Shown here one piece after another: positions 55,717 to 64,000 of a stretch of 64,000 nt of DNA. The position numbers and the translations under genes were made by a program. Under the pieces are notes generated by a model. It saw only the letters and a list, made by a program, of their open reading frames with translations. It was not told the DNA's origin and did not search any database. This stretch comes from an uncultured Alistipes sp. (lineage in GTDB: Bacteria > Bacteroidota > Bacteroidia > Bacteroidales > Rikenellaceae), in NCBI GenBank assembly GCA_947177225.1, contig CAMWTS010000007.1:2778-66777 (forward strand), in the 5' to 3' direction. Each line of letters starts with the position of its first letter. Within the stretch, counting starts at the first letter, position 1.

Positions 55717-57566
55717 TTTCTAAGATGACACGCTACGACTTCGTCCTGTATGGAGCACAGGCCGAAGATTTCATCGAGCAGTTGCGTCAACTGGGTCTGG
55801 TCGACATAACGACTACGGGCTGGGAGCCGTCGGAGCAGGATCGCGGTATTCTGACCGATATCGATGCCCACGTCAAGGCCGTCGATTTCCTCGGAGCATT
55901 CTCCAAGAGCGAGGCTTTCGATGCGTCGGCCAAGCCTTATGGCTCGGCGCAAGAGGCTTTTGCCGTCTATATGAAGGCGCAGGCCGACCGTGCCGCTCTT
56001 GTGCAGGAGATCGCCCGCGTCGAGAAGCAGCGCGACGAGGTGGAGCCTTGGGGTCGTTTCTCGGCCGACGAGGTGGCGGCACTTGCAGCCAAGGGCGTGG
56101 TGTTGCGATACTTTACGGCACAGTCGTCGACTTTCGACAAATCGTTCGACAGCTGGTCGGCCGACTACACTCTGACCGAGATCAACCGCACGGCTTCTGC
56201 CGTCTACTTCGTTGTCGTGGCACGTCCCGATACGGAGATCGAACTCGATGCGCAGGAGGTGAAGCTGCCGGCGATGGACCATGTTGCCCTCGATGCTGAG
56301 ACGGCACGCCTTCGTTCGTCGCTCGATGCTCTGAACGGGATATTCTCTCGCTGCGCCCGATCGATCGACATGATCGAGACCGATACGTGTGCTCTCAAAG
56401 AGCGTCTGCAAGGCTTGAAGGTCGATCGCACGGCACGTCGCGAGGCCGATGGCGAGTTGATGATAATGGAGGGCTGGGCTGAGGCCGAAACCTCCGAGAG
56501 AGTCGACAAGATGTTGGAGGAGTATCCCAATGTGGTCTACCTTAAACGCGATGCCGGCCTCGACGACGATGCACCCGTCAAGTTGAAGAACAACCGCTTT
56601 ACGCGTCTGTTCGAGTTGATCGGTGCAATGTACGCTCTGCCCAAATACGGTACGATGGACCTCACGCCGTTCTTCGGTCCGTTCTATATGCTCTTCTTCG
56701 CCATCTGTCTGGCCGATGCCGGTTACGGACTGGTGTTGCTGGCATTGGGTATAGGATTGCTTATGAAGGGTGGCGAGAAGATGCGCCAGGCAGCATGGCT
56801 GTCGGTGGTCTGCTCGGCCGCTACGGTGGCTTTCGGTTTCTATGCCAACTCGTTCTTCGGCATGGAGATCTCGACCGTGCTGCCGGGAGTGAGATTCCTC
56901 AACTTCGGTGAAGATTTCTTCTCGATCTCTCTGGCCATAGGCGTTGTGCAGATATTGTTGGGTATGATCCTCAACATCTATCTGAAAACCAAGCTATTCG
57001 GCTTTACTTCTACTTTCGGTACGTTGGGCTGGTTCCTCGTGCTGACGGCTGGCTGCATATCGGTAGGACTGCCGATGCTCAACGAGAACTGGGTTATTCC
57101 GTGGTTCACCACCTCGTCGCCGGCATTCATGGCCGTGGCAGGCATCGGCCTGGTGCTGATGCTGTTGTTGAACAACGTCCGCCGCAATCCGCTCATCAAT
57201 CTGGGTGCCGGTTTGTGGGACGCATACAACAACATCACCGGTCTGTTGAGCGATGTGTTGAGCTATATCCGTCTGTTTGCCATAGGCTTGTCGGGCGGTG
57301 TGCTGGCACAGGTATTCAACTCTCTGGGTCTGGGTCTGACCGGATTGTCGGAGGGTGTCGAAGGTATGGACTGGTGGGTCGTGGCGATGAAGGTTGTCGG
57401 AGCCTCGTGCATATTGCTTATAGGTCACGGTATCAATCTGTTCATGTCGGCCATATCGTCGTTCGTACACCCGATGCGTCTGACGTTCGTCGAGTTTTAT
57501 AAGAATGCCGGATTCGAGATGAGCCAACGCTCGTTCGAACCGTTGCAGAAATTAAAAAATAAGTAA
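55713..57566 (+). CDS. ntpI: V-type ATP synthase subunit I
   Basis: FFAICLADAGYG, DVLSYIRLFAIGL, HPMRLTFVEFY. Confidence 0.93.
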   Translation: MISKMTRYDFVLYGAQAEDFIEQLRQLGLVDITTTGWEPSEQDRGILTDIDAHVKAVDFLGAFSKSEAFDASAKPYGSAQEAFAVYMKAQADRAALVQEIARVEKQRDEVEPWGRFSADEVAALAAKGVVLRYFTAQSSTFDKSFDSWSADYTLTEINRTASAVYFVVVARPDTEIELDAQEVKLPAMDHVALDAETARLRSSLDALNGIFSRCARSIDMIETDTCALKERLQGLKVDRTARREADGELMIMEGWAEAETSERVDKMLEEYPNVVYLKRDAGLDDDAPVKLKNNRFTRLFELIGAMYALPKYGTMDLTPFFGPFYMLFFAICLADAGYGLVLLALGIGLLMKGGEKMRQAAWLSVVCSAATVAFGFYANSFFGMEISTVLPGVRFLNFGEDFFSISLAIGVVQILLGMILNIYLKTKLFGFTSTFGTLGWFLVLTAGCISVGLPMLNENWVIPWFTTSSPAFMAVAGIGLVLMLLLNNVRRNPLINLGAGLWDAYNNITGLLSDVLSYIRLFAIGLSGGVLAQVFNSLGLGLTGLSEGVEGMDWWVVAMKVVGASCILLIGHGINLFMSAISSFVHPMRLTFVEFYKNAGFEMSQRSFEPLQKLKNK

Positions 57567-57602
57567 AATAAACAATAACAATTAAAAACTAATCAAACAA
57601 TT

Positions 57603-58163
57603 ATGAGCACAGCAATTATTTTGGCTTATGTGGGTGTGGCCTTGATGGTAGGTCTTTCGGGCGTTGCATCTGCAATCGGTACCGCAACGTGCGGTATGGC
57701 GTCGGTAGGCGCAATGAAGAAGAACGGTGGAGCATTCGGTAGCTACATGATCCTCTCGGCACTTCCTGGTTCGCAGGGTCTCTACGGCTTCGTTGGCTAT
57801 TTCATGGTCAGCGGCCTTATTACCGACAACATCTCGCTTCTGGCAGGTGCCGGTATCTTCGGTGCAGGTTTGCTGATGGGTCTTGTCTGCCTGTTGTCGT
57901 CGTATTTCCAGTCTAAGGTCTGCGCCAATGGTATCGCAGCTATCGGCAATGGTCACGACGTGATGGGTAAGACCCTGATCCTCGCTGCATTCCCTGAGCT
58001 GTACGCTATCTTGGCAGTTGCCGCAACGTTCCTTATCTCAGGTGCCGTAGCACCTCAGGCAGGTGAAGTTGCCGCAGCCGACCAGAACAAGGTGGAGGTT
58101 GTCGAGAATGCTCCCGCAGCAGACACGACGGCTGATATTGCATATGTCGAGGTAAACGAATAG
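57603..58163 (+). CDS. ntpK: V-type ATP synthase subunit K (4-TM proteolipid) with an acidic C-terminal tail
   Basis: ALPGSQGLYGF, YFQSKV and AFPELYA motifs; about 37 extra residues after TM4. Confidence 0.92.
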   Translation: MSTAIILAYVGVALMVGLSGVASAIGTATCGMASVGAMKKNGGAFGSYMILSALPGSQGLYGFVGYFMVSGLITDNISLLAGAGIFGAGLLMGLVCLLSSYFQSKVCANGIAAIGNGHDVMGKTLILAAFPELYAILAVAATFLISGAVAPQAGEVAAADQNKVEVVENAPAADTTADIAYVEVNE

Positions 58164-58179
58164 TATTGTTTATATCTAA

Positions 58180-58223
58180 AAGAAGCATGCCTGGCGGATT
58201 GTTGCCGGGCATGCTTCTTTTTT
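58180..58223 (+). terminator. V-ATPase operon terminator
   Basis: aagaagcatgcctggc/gccgggcatgcttctt followed by a T-tract. Confidence 0.8.
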
Positions 58224-58427
58224 GGGTGCACGATTGTTTCTGTGCTATGATGAAAATGGGGATAACGTGCCGTGTGGATCGTATGGGAAATGCGTGCGCT
58301 GCGAATAAAAAGCAAGGAGCGGCTTTGCAGCAGCTCCTTTTTATTTGTGCCACCCCGGCCTTTTTATTTGTGCCGGCCATAGGGAAGGCTCAGTCCATGT
58401 TTGTAACGACGCTTCTTGCTGTCGCTC

Positions 58428-59786
58428 TCAGACGATCTCTTCGCCGAAGAGTGTGGCCGACGAGCAGCCCGTGATGCGTACTCTGACGTAGTCGCCGATG
58501 TTGTGATTGCCCCGATCGAAGACCACCATCTTGTTTTGCGATGTGCGTCCCGACAACTGCGACTCGCTTCGCTTGGAGGTGCACTCCACCAATATCTCGA
58601 ACTCCTTGCCGATGTCGCGGCGGTTGCTCTGTTCCGAGAGTGTGTTTTGCAACTCGATGATCTCTGTCAGACGTCGCGTCTTGACCTCCTCGCTGATGTC
58701 GTCTTTGAGATGACGATGGGCGAAGGTGCCTGGACGTTCCGAATATTTGAACATGTAGGCGAACTCGTAGCCCACTTCGCGCATCAGCGACAGTGTCTGC
58801 ATGTGCTCCTCTTCCGTCTCGCCCGAAAAACCTGCGATCAGATCGGTCGATATGGCGCAGTCGGGCATGTAGCGACGAATGGCTGCCACGCGGTCGAGAT
58901 ACCACTCGCGCGTGTATTTGCGATTCATGCGTTCGAGCATCGTGCTTGCTCCCGATTGTGCCGGCAGATGAATGGCGCGGCAGATATTGGGCATCGAAGC
59001 CATGGTTTCGAGCAGACGGTCGCTCATATCCTTGGGGTGAGAGGTGGCGAATCGTACTCGCAGCAGCGGTGAGATTGCGGCCACACGACGCAGCAGCTCA
59101 GGGAAATCCACGTCGCCGGTGCGATAGGAGTTGACGTTCTGACCCAGCAGTGTCACTTCGCGATAACCGTTGTCGAACAACTCTCTGGCCTCGGCCACGA
59201 TGGTCTCTGCATCGCGACTGCGCTCTATGCCGCGCGTGTAGGGTACCACGCAGTATGAACAGTAGTTGTTGCAGCCGCGCATGATGGCGATGAATGCGCT
59301 CACTCCGTTGCGGTCGAGTCTGACGGGCGAGATCTCGGCGTAGGTCTCCTCGCGCGAGAGCATCACATTGACGCCCTTGCCTCCCGACTCGGCATCGCGC
59401 ACGAGCGACGGCAGATCGCGGTAGGCATCGGGACCTGCCACGACGTCCACTCCGTAATCGCCTTCGACGAGTTTCTCTTTCAGGCGTTCGGCCATACAGC
59501 CGATTATGCCCACTATGAGCGATGGCTTGCTCTTGCGCAGACGTCGCATTTCGCTCAGACGTCCCCATATGCGCTGCTCGGCGTTGTCGCGTATCGAGCA
59601 GGTGTTTATCAATATTACATCGGCCTCTCCGATACTGTCGGTATAGACGTATCCCTCTCTCTGCATGATCGATACGACGATCTCCGAGTCGCCGACATTC
59701 ATCTGGCAGCCGTAGGTCTCGATAAAGAGTTTGCGTCCGTCGCCGACAACAGGACGGAGCGTGTTGACTGATATGTTTTGTGTCAT
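58428..59786 (-). CDS. miaB: tRNA-2-methylthio-N6-dimethylallyladenosine synthase
   Basis: ETYGCQMN, NTCSIRDNAE, GCNNYCSYCVVP radical SAM motif, C-terminal TRAM domain. Confidence 0.96.
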   Translation of the reverse strand: MTQNISVNTLRPVVGDGRKLFIETYGCQMNVGDSEIVVSIMQREGYVYTDSIGEADVILINTCSIRDNAEQRIWGRLSEMRRLRKSKPSLIVGIIGCMAERLKEKLVEGDYGVDVVAGPDAYRDLPSLVRDAESGGKGVNVMLSREETYAEISPVRLDRNGVSAFIAIMRGCNNYCSYCVVPYTRGIERSRDAETIVAEARELFDNGYREVTLLGQNVNSYRTGDVDFPELLRRVAAISPLLRVRFATSHPKDMSDRLLETMASMPNICRAIHLPAQSGASTMLERMNRKYTREWYLDRVAAIRRYMPDCAISTDLIAGFSGETEEEHMQTLSLMREVGYEFAYMFKYSERPGTFAHRHLKDDISEEVKTRRLTEIIELQNTLSEQSNRRDIGKEFEILVECTSKRSESQLSGRTSQNKMVVFDRGNHNIGDYVRVRITGCSSATLFGEEIV

Positions 59787-59809
59787 GTCGATTTTTTTGA
59801 TTCAAACGG

Positions 59810-60829
59810 TTACTCCACCTGCAACGCATCGTCCTTGGGGAAGGGCTTGAAGCCCTCGCCGAAGGTGTCGTAGGCATCGGTCACCACCACGAATGCGCGC
59901 GGGTCGATCTCGCGTATCTTGCGCTGCACGTTCTTGACTTCGTTGCGGCTTACGACGAGGAATATCATCTCCTTTTCGTTTTTCGAATACATGCCGTGAG
60001 CCTTGATGTAGGTTGCGCTGCGATCCATTTCGCCTATGATGTATTCGCGGAACTCCTCGCTATGGAAGTCGCTAATGATGAATAGCAGTTTGTCGTACGA
60101 CGCACCGTCGATGGTAAAGGCCAGAACTCGCGAGTTGACGAATATCGCCACGAGCGAGTACAACGACAGCAGCCAGCCCTCGGGTTCGCTGTCGCCGCTT
60201 ACGCCCACACCGAAGCCGATGACGACCAGACCGCATAACACTACGAATGCATCGGCGGCCAATACGCCGTTGGAGAACTTTATTTTAAGGAATTTGTGAA
60301 GCAGCAGTGCCACGATGTCGGTGCCGCCCGTGGTGGCGTTATTGCGTACTACGATACCCACGCCGATGCCGCTCAATACGCCTCCGAATATGGCTGCAAG
60401 CATCAGATGGTCGCTCAGATCGATCACGCCGCCCATCAGCTGTGCCGGATCGAGTGCCTCCAATGCTTCGGGAGTGGGGTAGGCCAGCGACGACATGATG
60501 TTCATTATACCCGGTGTGATGAGTGCGGCAAATAGAGTGCGGCCGCCGAACTTACCGCCGAAGATGATGATGGCCGTTATGAGCAGCGGGACGTCGAACA
60601 TGTAGCCGAACGTACCGACCTGTATGCTCGGAAAGAGATTGTGCAATACCAGTCCCATGCCGTAGACGCCGCCCGGAACGATATTGTAGGGGTTGATGAA
60701 CAATGCGAATGCTGCTGCCAGAACGATGCAGCCGAAAACGATCGATATGATCGATGCCCACCAGTGCCAATCTCTCAGCGACTCCTTTACGGGGGTGATT
60801 ATTTTGCCGTTGATATCCATGTGTATCAA
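59810..60829 (-). CDS. YitT family membrane protein (DUF2179 C-terminus)
   Basis: PGGVYG, ATTGGTDIVA, IDPRAFVVV. Confidence 0.88.
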   Translation of the reverse strand: MIHMDINGKIITPVKESLRDWHWWASIISIVFGCIVLAAAFALFINPYNIVPGGVYGMGLVLHNLFPSIQVGTFGYMFDVPLLITAIIIFGGKFGGRTLFAALITPGIMNIMSSLAYPTPEALEALDPAQLMGGVIDLSDHLMLAAIFGGVLSGIGVGIVVRNNATTGGTDIVALLLHKFLKIKFSNGVLAADAFVVLCGLVVIGFGVGVSGDSEPEGWLLSLYSLVAIFVNSRVLAFTIDGASYDKLLFIISDFHSEEFREYIIGEMDRSATYIKAHGMYSKNEKEMIFLVVSRNEVKNVQRKIREIDPRAFVVVTDAYDTFGEGFKPFPKDDALQVE

Positions 60830-61100
60830 TGTGTTTGTATGTAAATTTTAAGGTCTCTCCGCCATTCGGGTTACCAAAGATATAAAATTATTTCCGATTT
60901 CGTGCGTTTATATATTGAAAAAGTGATACGGCAAGGCGCGGGTTTGCCCACTGTCGATGATGAATGCGGTGTCGGATACGATTGTTCCGGCGAAAATTAG
61001 GGGCGAAAAGTTTCGGCGTTGGCAAAATCTTGTTATCTTTGCAATAAATATGCCTTGTGGGACACTGATTTATAATATTGAAATTTAAAATATCGACTCT

Positions 61101-61781
61101 ATGGGTTCTTGGGACGTTCAAACATATTATTGTGCTATAACACTGATGATTATCGCCTATCTGCTCGGGTCTATACCCAGTGCGGTGTGGATAGGCAAGA
61201 AATATTACGGGATCGATATCCGCGAGCATGGCAGTAAAAATGCCGGTACGACCAACATGCTGCGCGTATTGGGCAAGCGCGCCGCTCTGCCCGTCTTCGC
61301 CATCGACTATTTCAAGGGATTTGTGGCGGTGATGCTGATCTCGATCATGAATTACGACGACACGATCAATCAGGCGTGGCTTATCAATCTGAAAATTATA
61401 GCCGTATTCGCAGTGGTGCTGGGGCATATATTTCCCGTCTTCGCAGGTTTCAAGGGCGGCAAGGGTGTGGCGACGCTGATCGGTGCCATTACGGGTATCT
61501 ATCCTCCTATCGTGCTGTTGTGTTTCGGCATATGGTTTCTGGTGCTGATGATATGGCACTATGTGTCGCTGGCCTCGATGGTGGCAGGCTGCTGTTTTCC
61601 GGTGTTGGTGATGGTGTTCTCAACTATGACCTACAACCCTGCGGCTCCTCTGCTCTCGGTGCCTTTCATAGTCTTTTCGTGGGTTGTGGCCATATTGCTC
61701 GTATGGACTCACCGCAAAAATATCGAGCGCCTGCGTGCCGGAACCGAGTCGAAGATCTATCTTTGGCGTCCCAAGCAGTAG
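61101..61781 (+). CDS. plsY: Glycerol-3-phosphate acyltransferase
   Basis: YLLGSIP, GSKNAGTTN, GHIFPV..GFKGGKGVAT, HRKNIERL. Confidence 0.95.
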   Translation: MGSWDVQTYYCAITLMIIAYLLGSIPSAVWIGKKYYGIDIREHGSKNAGTTNMLRVLGKRAALPVFAIDYFKGFVAVMLISIMNYDDTINQAWLINLKIIAVFAVVLGHIFPVFAGFKGGKGVATLIGAITGIYPPIVLLCFGIWFLVLMIWHYVSLASMVAGCCFPVLVMVFSTMTYNPAAPLLSVPFIVFSWVVAILLVWTHRKNIERLRAGTESKIYLWRPKQ

Positions 61782-61803
61782 GCTTTGTGCAGCGGACGAA
61801 ATT

Positions 61804-61839
61804 AAAATGTCGGGATTCAGCAATGAATCCCGACATTTT
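61804..61839. terminator. Bidirectional terminator between plsY and tdk
   Basis: 16-bp perfect inverted repeat aaaatgtcgggattca/tgaatcccgacatttt. Confidence 0.8.
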
Positions 61840-61870
61840 TTTTCGCGCGAAGTCTTTTTCTGCACGCGGT

Positions 61871-62446
61871 CTATCTGTTCTCCTGCTCTTTGAGGCGGTC
61901 GAAACAGTGGCGGCAGATGGGCTCGTATGAGTCCTGCGCTCCAAGCAGCACCTGCTTCTCGTCGGCCGTGAGACGGTGAGAGTGATGTGCCAGGTCGCCG
62001 CAACGCACACATATCGCATGTACTTTGGTGACATATTCGGCCGTAGCCATCAGTGCCGGCATAGGACCGAAAGGCTTGCCGGTGTAGTCCATGTCGAGTC
62101 CGGCCACAATGACTCTAACGCCGCGACCGGCCAGCTGACGGCACACTTCGACTATGCTGTCGTCGAAGAATTGCGCTTCGTCGATACCTACTACCTCCAC
62201 GTCGGTCGACATCAGCAATATGTTTTGCGGCGATTCGACCGGTGTCGAGTGTATGGCATTGGCATCGTGCGAGACGACATCTTCGTCGGAGTAGCGCACG
62301 TCTATCATAGGTTTGAATATCTCCACTCTCTGATTGGCGAACTGCGCGCGTTTCATGCGTCGTATCAGCTCCTCGGTCTTGCCCGAAAACATCGAGCCGC
62401 AGATCACCTCGATCCACCCTTTCTGCTTGTTGTTCTCTAAAAACAT
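61871..62446 (-). CDS. tdk: Thymidine kinase
   Basis: [22 protein letters not shown]...YEPICRHC. Confidence 0.96.
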   Translation of the reverse strand: MFLENNKQKGWIEVICGSMFSGKTEELIRRMKRAQFANQRVEIFKPMIDVRYSDEDVVSHDANAIHSTPVESPQNILLMSTDVEVVGIDEAQFFDDSIVEVCRQLAGRGVRVIVAGLDMDYTGKPFGPMPALMATAEYVTKVHAICVRCGDLAHHSHRLTADEKQVLLGAQDSYEPICRHCFDRLKEQENR

Positions 62447-62491
62447 CGTTGATAATATCTCTTGTAAAAACGTTTTGCGGTTGTCTGTGTG

Positions 62492-63811
62492 CTACAATGC
62501 GCACTCGTCGATGCGCTCGATGCGTGCTCCCAGAGCGTTCAGTCGGCCGTCGATGTTGCGGTAGCCGCGATCGATCTGCTCGATGTTCTGTATTATGCTC
62601 GTTCCGTCGGCGCTCATGGCTGCGATCAGCAGAGCCACGCCGGCGCGTATGTCGGGAGATGTCATCTTGGTCGCACGCAGCTGTATGCGGTGGTCATGGC
62701 CTATGACTGTGGCTCGATGCGGGTCGCAAAGTATGATCTGTGCACCCATGTCTATGAGCTTGTCGACGAAGAACAGACGGCTTTCGAACATCTTCTGGTG
62801 GATCAGCACTGCGCCTTTGGCCTGAGTGGCTACGACCAGAAATATCGACAGCAGGTCGGGCGTGAGTCCCGGCCACGGAGCGTCGGCTATGGTCATTATC
62901 GAACCGTCGATGAAACTCTCTATGCTGTAATTGTCCTGCTGCGGAATGTAGATGTCGTCGCCGCGCTGCTCGAAGCGTATGCCCATGCGGGCGAACTGAG
63001 CCGGTATGATGCCCAGATTGTCGTATGATACGTTCTTTATGGTCAGCTCCGAGCGGTTCATGGCGGCCATGCCGATGAAGCTGCCGACCTCGATCATGTC
63101 GGGCAACATGGTGTGCTCCGTGCCGCCGAGTTCGCGCACGCCGTCGATCGTCAGAAGATTGGAGGCTATGCCCGATATGCGTGCACCCATGCGGTTGAGC
63201 ATGCGGCACAACTGCTGTATGTATGGCTCGCAGGCGGCGTTATAGATCGTCGTGCGACCTTCGGCCATCACGGCTGCCATGACGATGTTGGCCGTACCGG
63301 TTACCGAGGCCTCGTCGAGCAGCATGTAGGTGCCTTTGAGCTTGCGCCCCTCGACCGAATAGAACTCCTCGCCCGCATCGAAATTGAACGAGGCTCCGAG
63401 CTTCTGGAATCCCAGAAAGTGGGTGTCGAGACGTCGCCGGCCGATCTTGTCGCCGCCGGGCTTGGGCATATAACCCACACCGAAGCGTGCCAGCAGCGGA
63501 CCGATCATCATCACCGAGCCGCGCAGACGGCGGCAGCGGCGGTGGTAGTCGGAGCTGCGCAGGTAGTCGAGGTCGATATGTTCGGCACACAGCGAGTAGC
63601 TGTCGTCCGAGAGACGTTTGACGCGCACGCCCATGGCGGCCATCAACTCTATGAGCTGTACTACGTCGACAATGTCGGGAACGTTGTGCACAACGACCTC
63701 TTCGGGCGTCAGCAGTGCGGCGCATAATATTTGAAGTGCCTCATTCTTTGCGCCCTGAGGCGTGATCTCACCATGAAGACGGTGTCCGCCTTCGACCTTG
63801 AACAGTGCCAT
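62492..63811 (-). CDS. murA: UDP-N-acetylglucosamine 1-carboxyvinyltransferase
   Basis: GAKNEALQIL, PGGDKIGRR (Asp at the catalytic Cys position), SVTGTANIVMAA, PDIRAG, IDRGY. Confidence 0.95.
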   Translation of the reverse strand: MALFKVEGGHRLHGEITPQGAKNEALQILCAALLTPEEVVVHNVPDIVDVVQLIELMAAMGVRVKRLSDDSYSLCAEHIDLDYLRSSDYHRRCRRLRGSVMMIGPLLARFGVGYMPKPGGDKIGRRRLDTHFLGFQKLGASFNFDAGEEFYSVEGRKLKGTYMLLDEASVTGTANIVMAAVMAEGRTTIYNAACEPYIQQLCRMLNRMGARISGIASNLLTIDGVRELGGTEHTMLPDMIEVGSFIGMAAMNRSELTIKNVSYDNLGIIPAQFARMGIRFEQRGDDIYIPQQDNYSIESFIDGSIMTIADAPWPGLTPDLLSIFLVVATQAKGAVLIHQKMFESRLFFVDKLIDMGAQIILCDPHRATVIGHDHRIQLRATKMTSPDIRAGVALLIAAMSADGTSIIQNIEQIDRGYRNIDGRLNALGARIERIDECAL

Positions 63812-64000
63812 AATCCTGAAATTTTATCCTAAGATACGAAAAACTCGGCGCAAAAGCAAACATTATCTGCAACTTTGCCCGTAAAGTGGTATCCAAGGCG
63901 AAGCCAAAGGTAGTAAAATATGGCGTAGGGTCAAATATTTTTAGGCGGAAGTTTTCAACAATCCTTGCGGGGCAATCTCCGGTGAAGATGGCGGCTGAGC

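Noticed and set aside
58336-58374. 16-bp direct repeat cctttttatttgtgcc (two copies) near convergent terminators
   Set aside because: Probably a local duplication in a terminator region; no functional context.
63870-64000. Possible structured leader or ncRNA after a plus-strand CAACTTTG box at the window end
   Set aside because: Truncated by the window; no recognisable RNA family motif.

Overview
GC-rich Bacteroidales chromosome segment, probably Rikenellaceae/Alistipes-like (inferred from gene content and TAnnTTTG promoter boxes). The backbone carries housekeeping and metabolic genes: a GT9 glycosyltransferase, nfnAB, pabABC, a GH2 beta-galactosidase, uvrC, guaBA, tadA, aspS, a V-type ATPase operon, miaB, plsY, tdk and murA, plus three tRNAs. 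Two accessory regions stand out. (1) A ~17 kb NBU1-like mobilisable integrative element (13692-30723) sits in the 3' end of tRNA-Leu(CAA). It has visible att cores, arm-type repeats, an oriT, an iteron-like cluster and a type I restriction-modification operon with a half-size second HsdS and three uncharacterised inserted genes. (2) A cobalamin riboswitch (38486-38666) controls an orphan two-gene operon of surface lipoproteins in which fibre-like stalks (coiled coil plus collagen; type V pilin/fimbrillin) are fused to probable B12-binding heads (BtuH-like; DUF4465/BtuJ-like). This is the best candidate here for an undescribed system, a cobamide-capturing fibre or pilus tip. Also seen: tandem ~227-bp repeats starting with the tRNA-Val 3' end, a REP-like cluster next to a gene remnant, and a V-ATPase K subunit with a Na+-binding signature and an acidic tail. 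All family calls come from motif recognition by eye; no database searches were run.
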